The notes under the pieces: generated by a model
Told to the model about the DNA's origin: nothing
What the model saw: the letters and a program-made list of their open reading frames with translations, nothing else
Databases searched by the model: none
Position numbers and translations under genes: made by a program
Assembly (NCBI GenBank): GCA_964016885.1
Contig: OZ024742.1
Location: 137,640,001 to 137,704,000 of the forward strand
Length of the DNA: 64,000 bases
Direction of reading: 5' to 3'
From: Eledone cirrhosa
Lineage: Eukaryota
In this document: piece after piece, positions 13,782 through 29,383 of the stretch
How the letters are laid out: each line of letters begins with the position of its first letter
Position numbering within the stretch: the first letter of the stretch is position 1

Positions 13782-15692
13782 TTATTGTTCATTTAGCTTG
13801 GGTTTGAATTTATCAATAAAATTATTTTCTTTGATTTTTCTCTTGATTTCACTTGGGCTGTGTAATTTGTAGAATGGGAATATTATAAATATTCCCTGAC
13901 CACATGTTGCTAGATGGTTACTTAGGGGTATCTGACGAACATTTGGGTCTCTGATTTGCTGTCGGTGTACCCGCGCACGTTCCGATAGTACATTTCCAGT
14001 TTGACCAACATATAGTTCTTCACAATTCGGGCATTTAATGCAGTAAATTAGATTTCTGCTTTTCCAATTCATATTTGCATTTGGGAATATTTTTTCCAGT
14101 TTTTGTTTTCATATATCGACCGGCGTGTATGGATTGACATGTGCCGCATCGACTATCATTGCATTTAGATACAGTGAATGATTGTCTTTGTTGTTACGAT
14201 CAAACTTTGCTTTTGTTAGTAATTGCTTCAAATTTTTCGGCTGTCTTTTACTAATAGTCAAAGATCGATCTGTGATTAAGCCTTTTAATTCATTACTTTG
14301 AGCAATCATCGGTAGGTTTGCTTTGGTAGTGTTGAAGATATTCTTGTGACATGGGTTGTGTGTCATTATAAATGGTATGACCAGTTCTTGGTTTCTTCTT
14401 CCTTGGGTTGTCCTAAGTTGTTGTATAGGTATTTTTATAGCCCGCTGTATGCCATTTTCTATAAGTAGAGATGGGTATTTTAGTTTGAGCAAAAATTTTC
14501 TTAGTTCTGTTAGGCGTTTGTAGCTGGTATTCGTATCTTCTACAATGGTACAAATTCTTCTGGCTAGGCAGTATGTGATGTTGCATTTTGTATGAGGTGG
14601 ATGGCACGACTTAAAATTCAGATATTGATGGGTGTCTGTGTGTTTATAATATATATACGTGGTAATGGTGGTGTCGTTTATGATTATCATTATATCTAGG
14701 AATGGTAATTTGGTACTACTCATCTCTTTTGTGAATTGGAGAGATGGGTGTAGGTTATTCAGGAGGATATTGAATTCATCCAGAGTATCTAGAGATTCTG
14801 TCCAGATGATGAAACAGTCGTCAAGGTATCTCTTCCAAGATTTTTCAATGTACTTTCTAAAGTCAGTACTATATTTTTCCTCTATTTCTTGGTAGAGTTG
14901 TTGTTCTAAGTATCCCATTACAGAGTTCGCGTAAACGGGAGCAAACTTCGTTCCCATCGCTGTGCCTCTAATTTGGATGTAATTCTTTCCATTGAAGAAG
15001 AAAGTGTTGTTTTCCAGAATAAGTTTAACTGCGTCTAATATAAAAGGCGCTGTGAATCTGATGGGAATCACTTCTCTATGTTTTTCCACCCAGTATTTAA
15101 CTGCCTTTATTCCTAAATCATGTGTAAAGTTGTTGTAAAGGCTTACCACATCAAAACTAAGTAGAAGTGTATTCGTCTCCGTGGTTTTGGGAAGATGGGA
15201 CAGGAAGTCGATATCATCCCGGATGAAACTGGGTATGTGAATACATAGTGGTTTCAAAATAATGTCAACAAAATTGCTTAGACGGTGGTTGGGGCATGTT
15301 GGACCAGCTATAATAGGTCTAAGTTTTAAGTCTTTTGGTTGTAGTAATTTAATGTACTCACTGTTTTGTTCTTTTACTGCCAGTTGTATTTCTTTTGACT
15401 TATGAACTATCGGTAGGCCATACAGGTTGCTGGGTTTTGGCTCAAAATTGGTGATGTAGTCTCTTTCCTTATCAGTAAGTGAGTTGTGGTATTTTGTAGC
15501 CAGGTTTTTGATCTTCTTCATGATGTTGTGGTCTATATTTGACGGTATTTCATGATAGAATGTTGTGTCTTTCAGTTGTTCCTCAACCAAATCTTTGTAG
15601 TATTCAGCATCCATTATACCAACTGCACCCCCTTTATCTGCTTGTTTAATTATTATTGTTTTATCATTTTTTATATGTTTAAGTGCAGACAT
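13782..15692 (-). mobile_element. Penelope-like element, RT + C-terminal GIY-YIG (Neptune-like), 5'-truncated, one frameshift
   Basis: 527-aa ORF with ADKGG, RPII, SFDVVSLY, GTAMG, RYLDD and PFLD; Cys linker KCNDSRCGTC in the shifted frame; 96-aa ORF NLIYCIKCPNCEELYVGQTG..R...H...E. The 5' end abuts (TA)n/(CA)n. Confidence 0.92.
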
Positions 15693-15774
15693 TTCTGATT
15701 TGTATATTTATTTATATATATATTCATATATACACATACACACACACACATATATATATATACACACACACAAA

Positions 15775-15809
<35 letters not shown>

Positions 15810-16597
15810 AAGGAAGTTTGTAAGTTGACCGCTAATAACACTTTGTATTTAAGTATATCTAACAACGTTGCACAGACATTAGGAAAAATTTCACATAATG
15901 ACAGATGATTGTTGTTGTTATTCTGACTCACTCGCCAACGACTTATTTTTTTACGAAAATGGATGCTAGGAAGAAGAGGAACACTTGGAGTTACAGATAA
16001 GCACCACACAACCTTTATATAAAAACACCCATTGGTGATCGCGAAGGGATGTTTTTTCCTAAGATATTTCATGTGTTTTCAACTAATGTGTCCTCCAAGC
16101 TGCTCTCAATCACCCTTTTCCCGAGAACTAAATGGGGACGAGGGAGGAACCTATAAAGTATGTGTGTAAATATGTCAATAATTATTCAGATGTTGCCATG
16201 TTTCTGCTACAAAAGTGAAGTATGTCCGACGAGGTGTCAATATTTCAACAAGGCCGATATATCAGCAGTAGATACGTGGGCGTAGAGGAGTTGTCTCTCG
16301 GATATTCCCAGCCTAGGAGATATCTTCACTAGGATTGTTTTCTTTTCTATGTTTTTTCGTGCGTTTCCGACCGATCTGATATCCGACTCACTCAACAACG
16401 ACTACTTTTTCCAAAAACGGGGGTGGGGAATGAGAGGAACCCTCGGTGTTACAGATAAGCACCTATCAGCCGTTTAGATACCTATGACCTACTAGTGTAT
16501 TGAGTATATCTTTCACATGCGGCTATCCCCGACACAACTCGTGGATTTACACATAGACACACATACACAAAGCTATATATATATAAATATATGTATG

Positions 16598-16675
<78 letters not shown>

Positions 16676-16677
16676 GT

Positions 16678-16783
<106 letters not shown>

Positions 16784-16955
16784 TATATAGATAGATAAGT
16801 AAATAAATAGATAATTGTGGAGTTATCTGTTTATACTACTAAGAACATATTCAGCTAATTACTCGATACTTGGGAAAGCAGAGTGTGTGTATAGTCGAAA
16901 GTTAATGCCTGAAGGCTGAGTTCACCTCGTTGGTTACTAACTTCTCACTATCTAT

Positions 16956-17006
<51 letters not shown>

Positions 17007-17682
17007 GAATATACAAGAGAGATAAACACAAATATAAACATAAGTGTGTTCGAATTGTAAAGGATCAGGTTTATTAGGGTGAAAAAAATACTAACTATAA
17101 CAATATGGTTTGCCAGACTTAATTTAATGTAATCAATCAAGAAAAAGAAGAACAAACCTATAATAGGCAACTGCCTGAAACACCTAGACAGTTATATGAA
17201 CTTTTTCGCAAATTTATTAAGCGAAAGTATCACCAACTTTCTGCTCAAGGTGTTAGAAATTAGCAATCCTTCTACTTCTATATATATATAAGGAGACTGA
17301 ATTGTTGGTGATAGCACACATGTCTTCAGAGCCTAGGTTGTCTCATAAATCTATGCCCCGCTAAAAATTGTAAGAGACTATTTTGAGTTTCTAACTCAAT
17401 ATCTGATATATATATATATATATATATTAATACAATAACAGAGAAAGCTTTACGCTAAACTCCGACTGGTAACCATCTCACTCAACAAACATTAGGTTAT
17501 ACGTTAGTATAAACCCAATTTAGTGTCTGGGGTGCCAACTATATGTATTTTGTGGAAAGCCAGTTGTATTATATATAATTAAAATTAAAATATATCTCTC
17601 TTTCCAAACTATTGTTTCATTATAAGTATTCTACAAGTTGGGAGAATATTTCCAGTTTATGTAGAAGCCTAATAAATATATA

Positions 17683-18228
<546 letters not shown>

Positions 18229-18493
18229 TATATAGTTATACTTGGGGAGGATCATATTTGTGTAATATTGCCAGAATTAATAAGAGAACACACTCACTGT
18301 TTGGTTGGTTTTCGCTTTTCGCTTCTGTGTCTTTTATATCGGTAATCTAATTTATTCGGTCGTCAATGTTGCCATTGACTGACCAACGGTCAAAAATAAT
18401 ACAGATACAATATAGACACAAACACATATATATAGTTTATCAAAGTTCTTTCGTTGTTTCGACACACGATTTCATATAAAAAACCTCGCAAAA

Positions 18494-18525
<32 letters not shown>

Positions 18526-18527
<2 letters not shown>

Positions 18528-18966
18528 AGGAAGTTGTAGTTCACTTGAAGCATTGTGTAATGAGGTATAAACGTGTGTAGTTGTAAGGCCAAGATAATGC
18601 AGGTATGGATATAGAATATAAATGCAAATGCAAAAGATATTGTTGATTGTTGACAATTAGTCTTTTACCTTAAATTTATTTAAATATCCTTAATTTTCGA
18701 GATAATATCTCTTCTTCAGAGGGAAGTAAAGTGGTTAATCCAGTATTCTAATTAGCTTGCCAAGTCATGCTGACAGAATGACTTGGCAAGCTAATTAGAA
18801 TACTGGATTAACCACTTTACTTCCCTCCGAAGAAGAGATATTATCTCGAAAATTAAGGATATTTAAATAAATTTAAGGTAAAAGTCTAATTATCAACAAT
18901 ATCTTTTGCATTTGCATTTATATTCTATATCCATACCTGCATTGTCTTGGCCTTACAACTACAAAC

Positions 18967-18973
<7 letters not shown>
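18526..18973. mobile_element. Fold-back element (about 200-bp arms, 9-nt loop, 40-nt tail) with hammerhead-like motif
   Basis: 18566-18768 vs 18778-18973 inverted; TTCCCT-CTGAAGA-AGAGATATTATCTC-GAAA..TTA-AGGTAA (CCGAAGA in the right arm). Confidence 0.85.
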
Positions 18974-19017
<44 letters not shown>

Positions 19018-19200
19018 TCAATACATAAACAGAAAAAGCCTTAAGCGATACACCGACCAATTCCATCTTCCTCAGCAAACATTAGGATATACTTAAGTAT
19101 TATCCCAATTTAGTGTTTGGGGTGTTAACTAATCAGTATTTCGTGGAAAATTGGTTGTATTATTTTATATGAGACATTATTAAATAAATATCTCTTTCCT

Positions 19201-19324
19201 TCCAGACGGCCATTTCGTTATAAGATTTCTACAAATTGGGATAAATAATTTCCAGGTAATGTAGAAACTTGTATATAATCCGTAGTTTTATACACAAGCG
19301 GGCTCTTATAAACTCATCAGTGGA
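19201..19324 (-). ncRNA. Type I hammerhead with about 97-nt branched stem II
   Basis: TCCA-CTGATGA-GTTTATAAGA[..CTTGTGTATAA/TTATATACAAG..TTTCTACA/TGTAGAAA]TCTTATAAC-GAAA-TGGCCG-TC-TGGA. Confidence 0.8.
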
Positions 19325-19935
19325 TGCCCAACTTAATATCGATATACGAATTATATCGACATCAATGGTGATGGTCTCCCTCAGCGCTAAGAAGAGACTG
19401 GTTGATTAAAATCCAGCAGTTCTCCCAAATAAAAATTACACGCTGTCCCCAAAAGGGTAAAGGGCGGTTATCATAAAATAAAACAATATACACGCTGGTC
19501 AATTAAACCTGTTAGGTATAAACCACGTGTATAAGAACTCAATTGGACATTTAAAAGAATAATCATATGTATATATAACCAATGAACACACAGAGATATT
19601 AAAACATGATAAATATATGCATGGATCACCCACACATACACACAGTTATTCTTTAAGGCTAAATCAGACATGAGATACAAGGAAGATGAATCAGTATTTC
19701 ATATAAAAATAATAATAATAAAGAGACTCATACCCTATAACTGGAGTCCATGTCCGCTCCCAAGAGTAAATATTCAATACATAAACAGAGAAAGCCTTAA
19801 GCGATACTCCGACCAATTCCATCTCACTCAACAAACATTAGGATATACTTCAGTATTATCCCAATTTAGTGTTTCGGGTGCTAACTAATCAGTATTTCGT
19901 GGAAAATTGGTTGTATTTATATGAGACATTATTAA

Positions 19936-20015
<80 letters not shown>

Positions 20016-20599
20016 TTGTATGTGTGTGTTTGTATATGTGCTTTTATATTTGTATATGTATTAATATAAATATTTGCCGAAAGTTAAACATTAAACTTAT
20101 AAGATATACTCCTATCTACTATATCAAACGATACATCGGTTAATGTTATGATTACTTTGTTACTTGATAAAAAAAACAGTGTTATTTAGCAGTTTAGATT
20201 CGATTAATCAACTTCTTAATACATCGTACATATTTATTTGAAATAGGGAAATAGAGGAACAATATAGTTTCGAGAAACCTTTAATATCATTGCTTGAGCA
20301 GCAAGCAATTTGATGTAATTTTAAAACCTGCCACGACTAGAGAACGAAATTGTGTGCTTTGATTTGTTAATCGATTAGGTTGACGTTGGCACTCAGCATC
20401 CCTCCACCAACCATATTTAAATCAGTGTGAAAGTCATAATAATTGCAATAAAATCTAATCACACGCTGGCTTAGTTATTTACATGCAATGGATGTCACAT
20501 TGTCTCTGTGGCTAAACAATATAACAGCCCCTATATTGCTTTCTAATCTAAAAAGACAACTTACGAGTTTGTAATTCCATGAAATGTATATGTACGCAT

Positions 20600-22400
20600 T
20601 ACTGAAGCTTTATGTAGGATATTCCATTGGAAATATTTATGGAGGGAACCTTCCATAAATTCGTAGCCAATGCCGAAGAAACGTAAGCCGATATTTAGAA
20701 AATGAGGCGACAGCATCCCTGTCCGTCGATATACTTATGTTCTCTTCATTTGACATGAACTCATCTTCACAAAATATTTTATGAGACAATGTTACAGAAT
20801 TTATTTATGACATTGCTAATTCGCCTTTACTTTGCAATTTTCAACTAGATAAGCTCTGCTGGCAACATAAAAGTTTGACGGGTCACGAATTTTCAGCCAA
20901 GAAGGTCAATTGTTTCGTTGAATGCTGCATTATTGATGCCAGTAATACAGCTGTTAATATAAGAAATGAAGTTTGTTAACAATAAAGATAAACGATTTCC
21001 AAATCTAAAAACAAAATAATAAAACCTATGAAAAAGAGAAGAGATTATTATTGGCTGAAAATAATAACCAAACCTGATTCAAAGCCAAAAGGGAAAAGTA
21101 TTTTTGTAGGCTTTCATTCATAGTGAACTATATTCTACGAAGAGGGCACTAAGGAGTAAGTTGATAGATAAGTAATTTAAGTTAGTATCCTATCCTAGGC
21201 ACTGCGATATCTGCATAGAGAAGACATTACCTGTCCATATAATCTCTAACTAGCCATTTATATAATTAATAAAATTATCTAAATCCTTATTTAATAATAG
21301 AAATACTATAGAAATTAATAAAATGCATACAAATAGATCACGGTAGAAGACAAACATTCCATACACCAGCGTCATAATCAGTGGGAGCCTAGTTCCCATG
21401 TTTAATGTAATTGAAACTTAATAGAAGCATAAGCACGATTCACGACAGTGAAAATTTTTCTACTGAAAAGCTTTCTGTGGTGATATAAGCAATTATAATA
21501 TTGCGACATACTTTATTTTTTTTAAATAAATAAATAAATTCTTTCCGAAAAATCTTTCGAATAAAATGTATCGTCACTCTATATTTTCTTAGTGATTGTC
21601 AGAAACGGTTGAATTCTGGATAAAGTTCCTGCAGCATTTAGTTACGGTTCGTAAAGATTTCAAAATATGCAGGGGTGAAATTGGCTTTCAAACCTTATAA
21701 GGAGTTCAAACAAGTCGCATTCTTCGATATGATATTACCATAACGCACACTAGATGACAAGAGGAGTGTAATAAATGAGAAAAAGGGACCAAATACGTTT
21801 TACCTACATTTTATTACAAAAAATAGCCTTTGTCATAAGATCGTAATAAAGGATATGCTTACATTAAAAGTGTCATAACTACAGAATTTAGAAAACTGAA
21901 CCGCTGTTAGATATCCAGAAGCGCTTAAAACGGTTGATATTGCAAAACTATCTACTCTTACTGTATGTTTATTTGTCCTTCAAAGAGAGCAAATTTCCGC
22001 TTACCATGATCGATATATGTACCAAAGTATCGTTATTAGAAATCATTCAATAGTGAATTTGCCATTTGATGTAAAAATTGGTTTTGGCCGAGAAATAAGC
22101 CACTACTAAATTGCAACGCAAATGCAGATAATCAGCAAGAATTATAAGTTGTCGAAATAAGCTGAATACAGAACTTATGTACGAATCTCAAACCACTGAA
22201 TTCAAAATGCTTTATAATCGAATTTACTTTCCACCTATCATAAAATCATAATATAAGCATCAAACCGATGCTCTTGATTCAAATAACGATATATACTTAC
22301 GCCTATGAAAAAATTAAATATTCATTTTTTAGAAAAAAGTCAATATTAACTCGCAGCACAAATAGCATTTGTATTTAATGACACCAATGCTATTAACAAT
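20600..22400 (-). pseudogene. Possible highly decayed hAT (ZMYM1-like) transposase
   Basis: Scattered minus-strand peptide traces in the expected order: LSAFR, NGKF, SYDKG...G, NIGLRF; no ORF remains. Confidence 0.3.
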
Positions 22401-23049
22401 TTGTGCATCGATGCAGTGTACGTGGAAACCTATTTTTATCAATGTCGAATGAAAGAAATCCAGACAGGAAAAGACAAAATAGTTTAAATTTGTACTAGAT
22501 ATACAGCAGCTTATTTAATTTGCAATACAATGATGAACGAAACACTTTGTTATATAGTACATGGAAAGTTTTGATACAGTTACTATAAATGTATTTGATT
22601 TCAATAATTAATGAGAAAACAATGCAGTTTTATCAGCTATTTATTCCAACTTTGACTTATTCGCATTTCAAGTTCTAGAGATTCCAAGCATACATAAAAG
22701 AATTTGCGGTGAAGGTGCCGTACTTTAGATGATTTTAGTTGATAAATTATTTAGATATTTACTTTCATTTAACGTTCAGTTGGCACGACATCAAAGATGT
22801 TTGAATAGGTTAAAAAGTGATAACACTCAAACGCATCAAACACGAAGAAATAAAGTGAAAATGGACGACCCCGCAACTGAATCAAGACTACAACACGAAA
22901 TCAAGTGAAGGATACTTATGATGAAACAATTGCATATAAAATGAGAATATGTTTGATAGAAGCTATACACATACACACCACACACACACATACACCGCAT
23001 ATATACATACATATATATATATACCTATCTCACACATATATATATACAT

Positions 23050-23083
<34 letters not shown>

Positions 23084-23559
23084 TTATATACCTGTCTCTA
23101 ATACTTAAAGATCTTACGAAAAAGATAAGATATAGTAATAAATTATCTACTCCGAGAAGTAAGAAACATATTAAGCATAAGCCAAAATAACTATTTGAGG
23201 GAATATAAGCTTGAGCAACTAAAGGAAGTCGGTTCTACTCACGAAGTTCCCCAGCCATGATTTCTGGTATTCAAGAAACAACATTAATTATTCCAAAACT
23301 TCGGAATAACTAATATATGAAGAATTCCAATTCCGTCATGAGGAAGAATATTCTTTGTGTCAGCAACGACATGGTATGTATGATATATATTCAACTTCTG
23401 CTCTTATTCCAAAAAAGAGAGAGAAGGACAAATGCCCGATACATTGACAACGTTACTCTTTCTCTAAGCGTGAATCTAATGAACTTCGTACTTTTGCATC
23501 TTCTTGTTCGTTCTTTGAGAATAAGAGCAACACAAAGTCCAACACAACCACCAATACAT

Positions 23560-23830
23560 TGTTATAAAAACAAACAACCCCTTAAAATTGACTCTAATTA
23601 TTTCGCGATCACCCAAGACCAAAATGTGGCTGGAAAGCTTTTCGAAAAAGTCAATAAGTATGTAAAACTTGTGGAGACAGAAGTCGTGTCAATCGTCATT
23701 GAGACGCTTGGCACGATCTCTAAACGTCTTACGTCTTTCATCAAAAGTATAATTCATAGGCAGTGCCCACATTTCGACCATCACTAACACTGCCAGAATC
23801 CTACGTGTTATGTAGAGTCAATGAGATCAG
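23560..23830 (+). pseudogene. RLE-type LINE 3' remnant (R4/Dong-like)
   Basis: IDSNYFAITQDQNV..EKVNKY..VVSIVIETLGTISK resembles the ID.A.P.D.N....EK..KY..V.PIVIGALG motif. Confidence 0.55.
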
Positions 23831-24364
23831 GGACTGATCTGAGGCTAATTAACACGCTGCACCAAGTGATTGCTAGGGAAACAGAAAATGAAGAAATAGT
23901 ATTATTATTATGACTACTAGTAGAATCGTTATTCAGTGAAAATTATATCTTTCTTGGCGTAGTATAAAGGTGAAAATGAATATAAATGTAAACGATTCGT
24001 GCAGGCTAGTGGCTTCAATTTAACACATTTTTGTGTGTGTGTTGAGGGATCTTTGCTGGAATTTTCCAAATGATAAAGTAAATTACATTACGAGTTCTAG
24101 AATGGTGTTATGATATATGTGATCTTCAAATAAGTAAATTCTTAAATGTTTTTTTAAGTAAATTGTGGGTTGCATCTGCTCTCGTAAATCTTTATTATTT
24201 TCAAATATAGAAATAATATATAATATGTACGTTACATTAAAAATATCTTTAATATTTACAGGCACCGAGGTGCTAAATAATATATCTGGTATATTGAATA
24301 TTTTCTGTTTAAAAACCAGCATTTTCGGGCTGGTGAGGGGTCAAATATGCTTCTGATTAAAATG

Positions 24365-25560
<1,196 letters not shown>

Positions 25561-25899
25561 TCGGCTGGATACCTTCGCTAGTCCAGCCGAACTAATTGAT
25601 ATTATTCAACTATCTTGCTCGGGGTCTATCTATGTGTCTCCTGCCGGTTGGTTTTGCTCGTAAAATTAATTTGGCTCTTCTTTCCTGAGACGTTATAACT
25701 ACTTGCCCATAGTATCGTAGCTGTGATCTCACAATTCGGAGAAGTAACGGTTCTACTTGGAGTAACTCTCTGATCTACGGGCTATGCTCTCTAATGAGTA
25801 ACGTTAATCCAAAGACCATTCGGAGGAACCCGATTTCGGCCGTTTGTATTCGTGAATGTAATCTTTTGGTTATTAACCAAGAATCATGACCTATAGGTA

Positions 25900-26360
25900 A
25901 GGGTTGGCACGAAAACCGAATTGAATATAGCGAGTTTGGTGTTTACACCTACCTCCCTTCTTCTGATTACTGAATGATGGAGCTGGCGCATTACTACACC
26001 AGCTCCTGCAATACTTGCATTTAATCCAGCCTCCTCTCTCCCATCGCAATGCAGCACTCGGCATCAAAACTATCAACTGTAAGTCGGAGATCACCTTCTG
26101 TCGTGTTAAGTAACATCATGCCGTCTGCAAATTCCAGTCGACTGATTTTCTACCCGCCAGTCGTCACATTACTTCCAACTCTCTTGTTCATGAAAATAAT
26201 GAACAGGAGAGGTAACAGTATGCACCCTTGAAGGAGTCCGACACCCACATTGAACAGTTTCTATATAGCAGGAGGAAGCTGACCGTCGATCACATACTCT
26301 TGTACAACCTTCCACAGTAGGTCCCGAGTTATGCGGAGAGTCAACGGCCATCCAATAAAG
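25900..26360 (-). pseudogene. Non-LTR reverse transcriptase fragment (RTE-like)
   Basis: Reads VGVGLLQGCILLPLLFIIFMN, followed by a FADG.ML motif. Confidence 0.55.
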
Positions 26361-26960
26361 TCTTTCTTTGTGGAACTAGATACTCCTAGTCTTCATTTAA
26401 GACTTCCCTCTAGGAAAAGGTCACTCTGATATAAAACCTAACATCTTTTGCATCTTTTTTTGTGGGGGCGGGGGGGGGGGGGGGCAAATGCGTTCGATGT
26501 TCAGAGAGTTGGATTGGCCTGTGCAAAGCCTTTCCTTACTTAAAAAAGCTCCAAACAAACTAAGGCATCGCATGATATGTGATATGTTTTGTGATGCATC
26601 GTATTGCTGGCCATAGGCAAGTCCCTAGCAGGACGTAAACGCCACACCCGTAATACTCATGCTTAAATATCAAGCGATGGCATTACTCGAAATCGAGTTG
26701 CAGCTATGATATATATTATATTATGTGTGTATGTATGTATGTATGCATATATATAATTATGTCAGGTCAGCAGTTGGTGCTACTGGTAACATGTATCCCA
26801 GTACAACCTGTCTCATCGTCGGGTCGTTGGCGACTAAACTGGCAACCCCACCAAGGTTTCTTGGTGAGGAGGGTGACTTTGGACATCCTGCAGGACTAAA
26901 AACAAAACCTGTCAAAGGGCAAGGGAGCTCTTAAGACACAATAGCCATCCAAAATCACCG

Positions 26961-27370
26961 GGAGAGATGACCCCTTAGCCTTTGTCAAGGCAGAATTCTG
27001 GGAGAAGGAAAACTCTGATATAACACCTGCAACCCTGATGGTATCCAATGATGTTGACTTGTTCTTCTTTTTGGTAAATATCATCTTGGTTAAGAGAGTG
27101 GGACTGGCTTTGTGCAGTGCCTTTGCTCACTATAAAAGCTTCACGGCACAGGCATTGCTTTATATCTGGAGATCTCTCTGCACTTGTCATCACATGGTAC
27201 CATGGGCCCTGCACTATGTGTGAATAATGGTCACATGTGTCACTTTGTACCAGAGTTTTCAAGTCGATGGCTGGACTAAAAAGTCACATTCGTTCAGCGC
27301 ATCGGTAGGGGTTCTCCTACATGGATATAAAGTAGTGGCCGTACTCGAAAACGAGTTGGCAGCCACCATA
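26961..27370 (+). repeat. Dispersed repeat, second copy at 35459-35847; likely RTE-like LINE 3' end
   Basis: Two near-identical copies of about 390 bp ending in a C2H2-like C..CTRVFKS.AGLK.H.RSAHR* motif. Confidence 0.8.
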
Positions 27371-27479
27371 TAATTATGTATGTATGAATTAAAGCGCGAA
27401 GAATTCCCCTTTGCCTCTTATCCTTGTCAGTTCCACATCTCTACTACGGGAAGACCAGGAGCTGGAATTCTGTTGTCAG

Positions 27480-28030
27480 ATACTATATGAGACGCAAGCC
27501 ATGTGAGACCTTTTTAGTATTGAAAAGATTTGCAGACATACTCATACACCTGCAATGATATCTTTCGAATATAATTGCAAAAATTGACCCTTCTCACTGG
27601 GAGGTCATGGCCTTAGATAGAAACAAGTGGCGCACCGGCATATCTAATGGTGTAAAAAGGTTTTTAGGAATCTGCTTCGAAAAGCATTAGCATTAAAATT
27701 ACAGCTAAGAAAGACCAACATTTGGAGACCTGTATATCTCTGTTTATATCCATTGCATGTGGCAGAATATGCCTGTCAATACCTGACTATAAATGTCTCT
27801 TATCTAAGCATGCAGAAATCATTCAGGTCGAATATGACCAATTCGTTGCAGGCAATTTGGCATGTGGTATATGTAGCAGAGTAATTTCGAATAAGCCCAG
27901 TACGTAACCATGTTCCAGATCAGAGCTAAAAGACGAATGACAGAAAAAGTGAATTCCAATGCATTTTATGCAACCAAATCTGCAAGTCCCCAGAAGGTTT
28001 TAAATGCCACTGCAGTGCTCAGACTCAGCG
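27480..28030 (+). pseudogene. RTE-like LINE C-terminal remnant
   Basis: IDPSHWEVMALDRNKWR followed by degenerate CxxC motifs. Confidence 0.55.
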
Positions 28031-28155
28031 GGTGAGATATATTATTTGTCAGATTTGTCAGTCTTACACGTCTTACGAGTTGGCGGCTCTCATGTATGAA
28101 TGTATGTAAGTATGTGTGGGTATGTATCTATCTGTCTATCTAATTATCTCTCTCT

Positions 28156-28279
<124 letters not shown>

Positions 28280-28900
28280 GAGAGAGAGAGAGAGAGAAGA
28301 GAGAGAGTTTCCCTCTCTTCCTCTTTCTATGTTTGTGTATATAAAGGTCTGTAGAAACTCGCAGAGACAGACGCGCACACACACGTACGAGAATATTGTA
28401 CGTAATAGAATAATACAGACAGATTAGAGAATCTAACTAACCATAATTAAGTGATTTTGAACAAACAAGGAAAGCCTTCATGGAATAAAAAAAAATGTTT
28501 AAATCAAAACATTAAAAAGTAAAAAAGTATAACGCCACAACACGGCAAAACATATTTAGAAAATGTAATGAGAAGGTGAAGAAAAATAAATAAAAAATAC
28601 AAGTGACGGAATTATGGGTCCGGTAAGCAATTTCGTTGTCGTACCGTTTATGATTTTTTTTCTATGGCGTCTACAAAAATCCCATTTTACTCTTCCATTT
28701 TTCTGCCGCCTCTGTTTTGCTTCTTCTTCTTATAACCATGATAGTTTCCATCTGTAATAACAGTCGAGTATATATCTAGAACACGTTCAAATCGAATTAG
28801 CAGACAGCTCACTGGTTGTAGTTTAACTAGCTTAACTGTCTCATATGACCTGTCAAGTCATCATGTCATTGGATTCTGTGGGGCTTTAGGTAAATATATG

Positions 28901-28958
<58 letters not shown>

Positions 28959-29019
28959 TTTACGTAAAGATATATTTACGTGTGTGCGTGTGTATTTGTG
29001 TGTGTCTGTGTATATATAT

Positions 29020-29080
<61 letters not shown>

Positions 29081-29120
29081 CACACACAAATACACACGCA
29101 CACACACACATATCTATATT

Positions 29121-29155
<35 letters not shown>

Positions 29156-29317
29156 CCATACATACAGAAACACAGACACACTCAAACATTTATATGTATG
29201 GTGTACTTATGTATATATGTATGTATATGCACACAAACGATTTTAACTCTATCATTGAGCCAAAAGATCATCTACAAATATAATGGAGACCATACATACA
29301 TACACACATACATACAT

Positions 29318-29379
<62 letters not shown>

Positions 29380-29383
<4 letters not shown>

